NCBI GenBank assembly: GCA_050084985.1 | Contig: JBITNC010000001.1 | Location: 201,872,001 to 201,936,000, forward strand | Origin: Nageia nagi | Lineage: Eukaryota; Plantae; Pinophyta | Direction of reading: 5' to 3' | Length of the DNA: 64,000 bases | In this document: positions 53,216 through 64,000 of the stretch, one piece after another | Layout of the letters: every line of letters begins with the position of its first letter | Numbering within the stretch: position 1 is the first letter of the stretch | Notes under the pieces: model-generated | The model's input: only the letters and a program-made list of their open reading frames with translations | What the model was told of the DNA's origin: nothing | Databases searched by the model: none | Position numbers and translations under genes: made by a program

Positions 53216-55350
53216 GAACGACCAGCATCAATGTCAACTCGCAACAGCTGGAAGATTGGAGAAGGTTGCCTAAAAGGTGGACCTGCAGTTGGGTAGCAGT
53301 CCAAGAATATTTAGATACTTTGGCATGTTATATAAAGCTTCCAAACAAGGGTAGAAGGCCATGATGAGACAAGTGTCCAAACACGGTAGAAAGGTATAAG
53401 TGAGGTGAGGGCGTAAAATGCAAGAACCTAACCGAATGATATAAAGAAAAGCTATAAGCCTCAGAATACATTCACTTGTGTGCAAATCATGCAGGGAATC
53501 AATTCAAACCACCAAAATGTATATTCAATAAGCAACCTAAGGAAAGAACCATTTAGATATGCATAACGCCACAAATGATATCCTTCATAACATAAACTTT
53601 TCAATCTCATTCCTCAAAAGAATACATTCATAATGATATTCAATAATGAACATGCATAGAACCCCTTATGCAGCAATCTTCTATGCAATGGAATGTAAAT
53701 AATAAAAGATGCAATGCCTTAAAATGATTACATACATAGACCTCATTGCCAGAATCTCAAAGATGCAAGAGTCCAAATGTATGATATTTTCATTAAGTGC
53801 AGAGTCTCACATATGCAACAATGTGTAAAATCATACAATAGTTTAGATGCAGAATTATAGAGATCCTCCAATGTACATATCTCATATGCAAAAGTCCAAT
53901 GCAAAATTCCCTTGTGTCAAAATCCCCTTCTAAATGGCCTGAATGGGGTATAAATAGACCACTAGAAGCGTCGCTCTAAAGGCATCAAATCTGATATAGT
54001 GTGCAGACATGCAACACATACTGATACATGCACAAAACTATGCAAGTAGCATCTAAAAGCTGACAAAATATAAATGCCACCGTCAAAATGCATCTAATCT
54101 ACCTCTAATCTTTGCAACAATAAATTAGATATGCAATAAAAGGGTCTAAAAAGTCTAACATCTAAACCGGTGGGAGCAAAACCTCATCCCTACACCAATC
54201 AAATCAAATGAAATATAGTTTGACATAATCAATCAACATTAAACATGCATTAAACACAAAACAAGTTACCGCAAACGAAATCTGTGGGTGGATCAGACCT
54301 AGGCCAGATTTGATCCAATACTAACAGATTTCCACTCCTCGTTAGTGAGACCATATGACTCAATGGTCTCCTCCAAGAACGCCACAATCTTTTGTACGCG
54401 TCTGGAGATCATGCCAACAATGCTGCCATTTTGCGGGAAATAATCTTCAACTTTCTTTGAAGTAGCCTACATCTGGTGTCTCCAAATGTCCATCCGTGTC
54501 TCATGGATGATGGGGTGTCCTGCCTTTAGCAAGTTGAGATCATCAACATCAACATGCTCTTGAATCAGATTCTAAGCCTCTGTTAATACCGCCTCCTTCT
54601 TTCTAACATTGTTGTCCTCCCCTTGGAACTTGAGTTGATAAACATACTCACTCATTTGTTCCTCAACCTCCTTTCTCGAGGGATCTTGATTTTCAGGGCT
54701 GCATTGCACTTTTCAAGTGTGTGGTACAACTAATCATGATGATAAGTGAACTCGTGGCAGTAGACTAACTTTTCAAGGTTGTCAGCATAAATGTACTGCA
54801 AATGGGAGATGTTGGGAAGGTAAGTATCCAACGTGCCAAGGTGTACTGAGATACTTGCCTTGAGGTCCCTGATTTCAACACCTTCGGCAAGGAGCTTGTA
54901 GATTTGCGAAGACAATCTCTCGATGGCCTCCATCACTTCCTTCTTGAGATGCTCCTTCATCAGTTCCCATCCTTCATGGAAGAAAGTTTGCCTCTGTAAA
55001 TTTAAGGGGTGGTGCTAACTTTCTTGAACTCCTTGATGATTTTCCTGCTAGCCGTGAGTTCCTTCTTCAACCTCTTCACCTCCTTTTTGGCTTCGTAGCC
55101 TTCCTGCTCCATGACAGCAGCATTCTACATGACTATGTGCTTTCTGGCTATCAACCCTAGTTTCACTGGCATCTTGAATGTCTCAATGACATAGTCCTCT
55201 ACCCTCTGAGGGTGCTTCTCCTTCGAATAGCAATGGCTAATGGATATCTCTTTTCGAGAGGTGAAGACAAAAGTATCAACCCTTCAAATCGGGTCATCTG
55301 GCTTTTAGTTACATGTCTTTCAAATAACTGGCCCTGAACCTTCCTTGCCC

Positions 55351-57323
55351 TATGATGTCCCATTTGGACCATTAACAAAATGTGTCATGGTCACTTTGTA
55401 ATCTAGTGTTTTGTTTATGATCATGTTGTACACGTGTACCTCAAGCAGGAGCTTATGGTCTGTAGACCCCACTGTGAGCACAATAATGGAACGTCTCCCC
55501 TTGAGTAGTGGTGTTAACTTGTAATGGGTTATCCCGGATTGAGAGAATCCCTAGATAGGCATGAGTTTTGTATAGTCTAGAGGTGCATAGAGGAGCATAC
55601 CAGCGTTAGGTGTAATGTCCCAAAAACGAAATTACAGAAATACAAATATAGAAAAATACAGAATTGAAATATTACTCAAAAGACACATAGAAATGAGCAA
55701 TAACCAGCTAAGAGAATATATTAAAATATTGCAAGACAATACATGTGCTAGAATAACCAAGGGCATCCACAAAATAACATCAAAATGCACATATAACACC
55801 CCAAAATACCACGAATCTCCTTGAGACTATTTTTGTGTTTTTAGGGCAATCACACTTTCAATGAAATTGCCAAAGATCCCAACCATGCACCTTCAATGCA
55901 CTTTGGGGTGAGCAAGACCTTCAATCTTCACTCAAAGAAACTCAAGGGTTTCAGATTTCAATTTTAATAATATCAATAACATGTCCAAAATGGTGCGTTG
56001 CATCTCCTTATATAGACTCCAACCCTAATCTTGCATTAACCCCTCTAAGCTAATCTAAGCCATTGATTGGCTTTATTACAAATAAAAGTACTTAAAATAA
56101 CATTAGAATAACATAAAAGCTTATTATAATCCAACGTTGAACTTTTACGTAGAAATCCACTAAGTTAAGTGGATTTTCGTGTGTGGGCAGGATATGGAAA
56201 ACTAGTCCCACTGGCGAACTTCAAGTAGCCATAACTCCTTCATTTCTTGTCCAAAAGGGGTCGTGTGACCATTTAAAACAAATGCCATGAGATGCTCGAT
56301 CCAATTCTGAAGGTGCAACGGCCATATCTGACTTGTAGAAGAAGAGATTTATGGAAAATCCCAAATACAAGATACTCTCAAAAATAGGGTCATTACATTG
56401 GGAGGGCCTCACATACCCCACGTTGGCTTATGAGGCCACACAGACCCCCACATCAGCTCAAGGAGGTTCATTAGACTCCATGTCAACCTTGAGGGCCTTT
56501 ATGACCCCCACGTTGGCATGTTTGACCTGTTGACCCCAACGTTGGAATAGACTTGGCTTGGGATGATAACAAGGCATGATGGATAGACACGTGAGGCTAT
56601 ATATTGAGAATGGAGCTCCATGATGGGGTTAGCTATTGATTATACTTCTTAATATTGAACCCAATTGGGCATATAAGTCTTGGTGGTGCTAAGCATTATT
56701 CCTAGACGGCGTCTAGAGGAGTGACAAGGTTGGGAGCCTGGCATTCTGCGACTTAGGTGGGTCACCTAATCCATCCAATGGTATTCCGAAGGCGAGCTTC
56801 TACCTTCAATGGTCGCCAAGGTTCAAGGAGGCTCCTTAGCAAAAGAGGATTTGAAGTCTGAGGGAATTAGTCTTTCCTGTGGTGTTCGCTTGTACAAGGG
56901 TTTGAAACCTTAGATCTGGATGTTGAGATCCTCATTGTACTCCATTGTTATTCCATGATATAATACAGCTTGTGTCTCTCTCATCATTGTGTTGTTCCCT
57001 TTGTATGCATGCATTGTGATATACTAGTGTTTGAAGCTTGTTCTAGGTTAGTATTGTGGTGTGTCCCCATCATGGGTATTTCTGTGTTGTCAATTGTTGT
57101 TGTGTTATATTCGTGTGGTTAGCTTAGTGCTAGAGAAGCCCTAGGGTTGACGTTAGCTTTGTGGGATCATTGTTTGGTGTGGTGTGTAGTGAGGAAGACC
57201 TAGGAGGCCCACGTTGGTGCATTGAGGTGTTTATATGCCCTAGAGGGCAATCGTTGGGTGCTTGAGGGTTATAGAATCCCTAGCTTGGTTTGTTTTTGCT
57301 GAGGGTGATTTTAGATCGTCACA
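55351..57323 (+). mobile_element. Solo LTR (B1 family) containing a nested solo LTR
   Basis: TATGATGTCCC (TG>TA)...CGTCACA with perfect TSD TGCCC. Confidence 0.9.
55611..56397 (-). mobile_element. Nested solo LTR
   Basis: TGTAATG...CATTACA with TSD TTAGG/TTGGG; central part matches 5040-5150. Confidence 0.88.
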
Positions 57324-57439
57324 TGCCCTCAATGGAGGTGCTTTGATGCCCAAAGCCATGCAAGGATGTCACTTATCTCCTTCTCCTTTCAAATCCTGAC
57401 GTCTCACACTTGACCAGTCTCAGGTTGTAATCCTAGGCG

Positions 57440-59020
57440 TACAGTCTTTGATGAGTGCAAAAGCACAGCTTGAAAAGCATGCGATCGAGCCTAGGGCTGG
57501 ACTGAAATGCCTTAGCCAAAAAAAGACTTCTTGGGTGCACAACGTCCTACAAAACCTCTCCTCTTACCGGTCGCATGGTTTGGAATGAGTGCCTAAGCAT
57601 GCATGAGAAATGGTGCAACTGAAAAAGGGTGGCAAATCTTAAACAAATGGATTGAAATGACTATAGGGTGAGGTAATATTTATAAATCCATGCACTGCCA
57701 TGTGTCATCCCTGAGTTGGTCAGTCAAGATGTCAAATGGTGGAGCAAGGACAAGGGGGATGGTTTTTGATGAGTGAAAAAGCACTTGATGAAAGAATACG
57801 ACTAGTCTTCTGGGGCCAAATTCCAAGTTATCATTGAAGTTCTATCCATGGTCGCACTGTTTTGGAGGGGTGCTAAAGCATGCTTTCTACTCCTTGCGCC
57901 TGGGGTTTGGCACACATCCCAAGACTAGAATTTCCAAAAATTGCCTGAAAAATGCAAGTCTATCCTAGATCGCACGTTTTGGAGGGGGTGCTTTTCTCCC
58001 TTATTCCCATGCTCTACTCCAAACAAGTGTGCAAACTGAAATAATGGGGCTGACTTCCTTTTTATAGCCCTTCAGTTAGGACAAGTGTCCCCATATGGTA
58101 GGTTCAAAAGAAGGTCCAATGCATGAGTTTCCAGTTGTCAACAAACCGGGTGTGACACTTAGCTAATTTTCCCTTCATGGATCTAGTCAAATGGTTTTAG
58201 ATGGTGCAAAAGGACTCATCCAAAAGTATGCGACTAGCCTTAGTTGCCCAAAAAAATGGCTAAGTTATTTGCCTCCTTGTCGCATGGATTTGGATGAGTG
58301 CAAAAGGACTTGCTCAAAAACATGCAACAGCTTTGTGACCTCAAAAGTGACTAAGTATGAAACTGCTCCTTGGTCGCACCCTTTTGAGGGAGTGAAAAAG
58401 GACCCACCTAAAAACATGCGACAACTTTCATGATCTCCCAAATCACTAAGTATGAAATTTCTTCCTGGTCGCATTGTTTTGGGTGAATGCAAAAGGACCC
58501 ACCTAAAAACATGCAACAACTTTCATGATCTCCAAAATTGCTAAGTATGAAATTTCTTCCTGGTCGCATCATTTTGGGTGAGTCCAAAAGGACTCTCGTA
58601 AAAACATGCGACAACCTTCCATGCAACAAAAAATGCTAAGTATGGGGGGGTCTTCACCTTCGTCGCACCTTTTTGGGTGAGTGCAAAAGGACTCTCGTAA
58701 AAACATGCGACAACCTTCCATGCAACAAAAAATGCTAAGTATGGAGGGGTCTTCACCTTGGTCGCACCTTTTTGGGTGAGTGCAAAAGGGCTCCCTTTAA
58801 AACATGTGACAGGGTGAAAAAGATTGGTTTTCCTTGCATTTGGACTAAAAGACACGTACATGGAATGCAGAAGAAAAGAGTGACGAATTCCTACAGTATG
58901 AAGACCTTTAATAGTGTAATTCTATGACATGAAATGCAAATGACAATGATGAAAACGCAGAGAAAGGCTAGTTGCATGGTTCGAAAGGAGTGCAAAAGGA
59001 CTCACTGAAAAACGTGCGAC
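57440..59020. repeat. Palindrome array of copy 4
   Basis: About 12 GTCGCA..GAGTGCAAAAGGAC..AAAACATGCGAC units; ~95-99-bp period at 58280-58810. Confidence 0.88.
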
Positions 59021-59149
59021 AAGCTGAAAAGTGAACTTCTGACCTAACTCTACCAAAAAAATGCAATTAAAACATGTTTCCCGAAGCTAGACCAGAACAT
59101 ATGCATTCCCTTTAAGTGAACTATTTCCATACATTAATGGCCTTGAGTT

Positions 59150-62100
59150 GAGTCCTCGTGTCGATGAAATCGGTGGATTTGACTTTGACATAGAACAAGT
59201 AATCTAAAAGCTAGAACCAATTGTGACAGAAATCTAGCATAATTGGATGATGGGAAGCCCTTTTCCGTAGGTCAAACATTGTGGGTTATCCCTTCCTCCA
59301 TTGAATGATTAAGTTGTCTAGTCTTTTCGTCTAAGAATGTGAACCCTCCTTCTCAATTCATAGCATCAATGAGATCCTTGGTCCATTCTTGTTTGACAGA
59401 GGTAAGTCCAATGTTTAAGTCAACCTGCTTCTTAATGTCTTCAACTATCAAGTTAGCAGCCTTAACTTCACTAGCAGTCATTTCCTCACTAGCCACTTTC
59501 TTCTTTAGTTCTCGGATCTCTAAGTTCAATAAGTTTGAGTTTGAGGTTCAAAATGGGAACAACGACACTCTTGAAGGAACGAATCCTTGGTCAAGTATGA
59601 GTTTGAGGTTCAGGATGGGAAGTGTCTAAGAGTTGATCTCTTTCGAATCAGTTAAGAATTATTCATCCAGTTCTTCCAACTTTGCAAACAAACAACTTTC
59701 AATGTTCGAATTGCTTCAAAGAGAAGCGGGGAGGAATGCTAATTGTCGATACTTTACGAATAGGACCGATGAAATAAAATGGAGATGGATAGTTCAACAT
59801 AAGTGGAACAAGGTTTTCTACAAAGGATCTAGATAGATTTCATGAAAGTAGAAACTAAGATAGAAGACCCTCTCTAGTTGAATGTTGAGAATCAAGCAAC
59901 AAATATAGGTTGGTTTCAAACACTTTGTAAAATGGAACAAGGATAATTTCCCTAAAATTCGTAAGTTTTCAAATGAATGAAGTAAAAGTGCACAAACCAA
60001 CTATGAAAGTTCTTAAAGATCCAATTCACAACACCAATATGAAATGTTTCAAACATAAGTCTTTAGCATAACCACTTTGTATTGATTTTGGAAAAGGATG
60101 ATGCATAGCTTTACAAGTGTGCTCTCCACATTCAAAAAGATCTTTCTTCAACAATGAAGCTCTTATAATAATGAGACCCCATGTCTCTTATAGACTTTTC
60201 GAAACCCTAAAAGTGAGTTGTTGTTGATGTAGTCTTTTGAGGTGGTGGCTTTTAAAATGTCTTTTTCTAAGGTGCGGATTTTGGGGTTGCTGCTCCTGCT
60301 CCTTGTTGTACAATCATATCAATCATGAAATTGTCTTCATCAAGAATCTCTATTGGGTTACAAACTTTGACTCTATCAAAGGCAATGTCTCAATTCACTT
60401 CCATGTCAGTATCAATGATTCCACTAAGATCCATCTCTTCATCAAACTCTGTCGAGCTACTCAGTCCATACTTGTTAGAACTGGATGATGGTGTATTGGG
60501 GTTTGGATTCAAGCAAGCGCCACTCCGATTCAAACCTTGTGGGAGATCTATCTTTTTCTACAAGTATTTGAATGGTTGAGAGATCAAGCTAGTTTTTGTG
60601 AGGTCCCTGATTCCATTCTTCATACCCATGATAGTAGTTTCAATGGTTTGTTTGGGGATGCTATTGGTAGCACATTGCTCGCTTTATCCTTCAACAAGGG
60701 TCATTGAAGGTGATATTATAGGGATAACATACCCATGGCTTGGAGGTACTACGACCTATGCATTAGCTTTCAACCTAGCAACTTCTTTGGCTTCTCGTTG
60801 TTTTTCTTCTTTTTTCATTTCTTTGTGAGTCCGCTGAACCTGCAAGGTGTCTTGAATGTTCTTGTACCTTTCTATATTGTCGAGGGAGATATGTGGATAT
60901 GATGAGCCCCATGTTTTCTTGAAAAAGGCATCAATCACTCCATCAAGATCGTAATGATCTACAACTACCTCAGTCTAGAATTGATAAAGTGCCAACTCCA
61001 ATTCTATCAAATTGATTTGACGCTAGGTAGTGTACTCATACTTTCCAATGATAATTGGTAAGTTGATGAAGATTTCTTTACCCATACCTGATCATGTAGG
61101 CTAAGAAAGTGTCTAGAAAATTCCATGAGAATAAGTCGATCACTTCCATAGCAAGGTAGCTTGTAGGGAGCTTCTTTGGAACCATAGACTCTGATATACA
61201 AAAATTCTATGTCTTCCATGTACAAGTTTGCATGTCCCTTAATAGCAATAGTAGCTTATTTGATATTTTGCGTAAGTTGCTTCTGCCCACGATCTCTTCA
61301 TATATTTGCCTTCAAAACCTACATTCATTATCATCCAATTACCTTCATTCCATCTATTGTGAGAATAGAACCGTGAGAAACTCTCCCCTACTGGGTGTGT
61401 GTAATAACACAAACAAGATCTCGAGCAAATATCAATAATTACAATTAATAAAATCCAACTAGGGCATCCACAATATACAATTCAAACCCTAGGATATCAA
61501 CATGGGCTTCCACAAGTTCAATACACACAAGAAATGCCAACGATGGGCCGAAATCCACAATATGCAACAATTACAACTCAATAATGCCAACGTTGGAGAC
61601 ATGCACACACAATGAGGCCAAACGATGCCAAAATAGGAACAAGTACTCAACAATGACTGAGATCCAATGTGCCCACGACTTATATTCAGATGTATAATGA
61701 ATAAAAATACCAAACCTAGCCCAAAGGGCTAACGTCAGCCTCCTAGGAGCTGAAATGGGCCAGACAAACTCTGTGATGATGTTGGACGGTTTATGGGACA
61801 GTAGTGTTTCCTCACAATTTGACTCCTCCCCATCGAAGGGGCCCTCCTCAGATCTGGATAACCACTTGCATGGTAGAAACCACCTTGGATCCAACGGATG
61901 GGCAATGGTCCTCCATCAATTGCCATAGATTGTCAAGTTCCCTATGCCTACCAACCCTCTTAGGTGCTCCACCTAAGGAATACACTTAGCGCCTTGCTAA
62001 GTTTGTGTCCACTGGACAATGTAAAAGTGTAGTTGTAATAATAATCAAATGTGTCAAGCAAATGAGCCTCCAAGTCTTCTTATACTCTCAACGAAGTCCT

Positions 62101-63674
62101 GGATCTCACCTTGGAATCATCACTACGCTCTAAGGCCCCAACATTAGCCTCCAAAGGGCCCGAGATGCCCAACGTGGGTGCCTAGGTATAAAGCATGCCA
62201 ATGTGGGATTCTTGGGTGCCATAAATGCCAACGCAGGCTAAGGGGTGCCATGCATGCCCACGTGGGTCTAGGTGCCATGCATGCGAGCCTAGGTGTTTGC
62301 AATGGACCAAAATGGGGTCTAGGGGACTCCCCAAGGCTAGCGCAGGCATGCAATCCACAATCTTGGTTAATTAATGTATACAAGCTCTTGGGATTCCCAC
62401 AATCAAGTCTGGGATCTCCAAGTACATTAATAACTCCTATTCTACGCTTAGGAGGGAAACGTCCCACTAAGGGCTCACAGCGGGGTCCATGGACCAATTA
62501 ATTCCTATCCCAAGTTATACAAAATAAACCACAAATCAAACTACAAAACAAACTCCAAAAGGGATGTTATTAAGACATCCTCTTGATCTCTTACATTATT
62601 TTTATATAGTACAAAAGGGATGTTGTCGTGTGTCGGGTCAAATAGGAATTCGGTGTTAGCAATAGAAGCTACCCTCTCCCTATTGTGAAGGAATAGAAAC
62701 ACGAGGTAGGAGTTCATGTAGAATTTTTTTCCAACTTGCACATTTTTCAACTGTTGGGCCAAGCAATCGCTGATCACTCTACTCCACCTTATGCCTTTAC
62801 CACTACTGATTATATCGATAAACCCTGCGAACTTTAGCCGGAATTTGGTGTCGTCTTTTTGTCCATTCACTTTGGAGAGCATTGATATGATCTTGGAAAC
62901 TGTAGGATAAAATTTTGTTCTCTTGGGTGTCACTAAGACTTTCCAAATGAGATGTTTACGGTCATCGGCCAACCAATCTTTGACCAAATCAGATGGAGGC
63001 TTCGAACTCTTGTAGGATCTAAAGGAGTCTTGCACACTATATGATATACCTTCACTTGTCCAAGCGAAGGCTGCCTCTATTCCTTTCTCTGAGAAATCCA
63101 TGATCACTACATTGTTTCTATCCAAGAGTCTCCATTTTCTAATATCGCAATGTTTTCCCAATTCGTAGCACAACTCTGGGAAGGGTGAGGCAAATGGCAC
63201 CATAGATGCCTTTACTAGCAAAGATGATTTCAATGTGTTGTTTACTAGCAAAGCAAGATCCAAGAACTATATCAATGTTTTGATTGGATCCAAGGACTTA
63301 CAATTTGTATCTCCAATCTCACTCAAACAGTCAGTGATCTTCGCCATGGGCATCACCTGCTCTATAGTATGTTCAAGGATGATGTGCCTCTCCATCATAA
63401 ACCTTCTTTGCTTCCGGGCTTTGATATTTTGTGCAACTAACACCATTTTTTCCCTGTTAAGTGAACAACACAGTGTTAGGAGAGCCCTCGAAACTATCTG
63501 GCACTTTCTAGGCAAAAAGCAGAATTTTGGATTTTTTTAGAAAATTTTCCTAAGAGCTATGGTATCACAACATATAATATGCTAAAACATACATGATCAA
63601 TCTTTCATCCACATATTTTAGAATGCAACCATTTTCACTTCTCAAATCAACAATCAAATGGAATGTAGCAAAAG
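59150..63674 (-). mobile_element. ORF-bearing unit, copy 5 (third subfamily, fragmentary; ORF starts ~63515)
   Basis: Motifs IGDTNCKSLDP, PFASPFPELCYEL, KKFYMNSYLVFLFLH and YIRVYGSKEAPYKLPCYGSDRLILMEFSR. Confidence 0.78.
61368..62573 (-). mobile_element. LTR inserted in the copy-5 ORF; ends ragged
   Basis: Carries the shared U3 motif (reverse complement at 62450-62490), ACGT repeats and a TATA-like site. No clean TSD. Confidence 0.7.
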
Positions 63675-64000
63675 TGTGACGTCCCCCTTGTACTTTTAGT
63701 GGGACTAGTCTGGTCATCTTGTACTATATCTATTTGATGTATTTGCATTTACATTGTTGTAACTCAGGATAGGAGTTTTAATGGGTCATGTGGACCCCAT
63801 TGTGAGCCCCAAGTGGGACGTCTCCCTCCTGAGTAGTAGATTAGGCATGTGTTGCATTGGAGCTCTTGGATTGTAGGAATCCCAAGGTATGTTTATGCAT
63901 TATAGTGATTGACGACCACCAACATGCTAGTGCCACACTAGGGAGGGCCCCATACCCCCATGTTGGCTCATGACAACTCCTGGACCCCCACGTTGGCACT
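63675..64000 (+). mobile_element. LTR 5' part, running off the window
   Basis: Starts TGTGACGTCCC; contains TGTGAGCCCCAAGTGGGACGTCTCCCT and CCCCACGTTGG repeats. Confidence 0.85.

Larger units (their letters stand above)
53330..59138 (-). mobile_element. Giant ORF-bearing LTR-like unit, copy 4 (truncated at both ends; ORF core deleted at ~55290)
   Basis: Colinear with copy 2 (53430~20660, 54300~22720, 59090~27960). C-terminus SIGSNLA* is retained; the conserved N-terminal domain is missing. Confidence 0.8.

Overview
Eukaryotic plant DNA; giant TE-filled introns and the element types suggest a gymnosperm/conifer (inference). The whole window lies inside one minus-strand gene for an RluA-family RNA pseudouridine synthase (plant 'RNA pseudouridine synthase 7'/RPUSD2-like). 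Four small exons splice in frame to give the catalytic HRLD motif: 38044-38144, 29821-29908, 4012-4090 and 3752-3834. The introns are >25.8 kb (open-ended), 8.1 kb, 25.7 kb and 177 bp, and the 177-bp one looks U12-type. The large introns hold nested transposons: a full Reina-type chromovirus with TSD, two gag+protease-only non-autonomous relatives, several solo LTRs with 5-bp TSDs, an intron-containing hAT element, a hAT MITE, a LINE fragment and gag fragments. The most unusual content is five copies, in about three subfamilies, of a gag/pol-free unit of about 6-7 kb that looks like a giant solo LTR carrying its own ~1,100-aa gene. Four copies have an array of subfamily-specific ~50-bp palindromes upstream of the gene, and three end in a conserved 7-bp terminal hairpin. 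This is a candidate LTR-encoded regulator plus operator array; the function is a hypothesis only.
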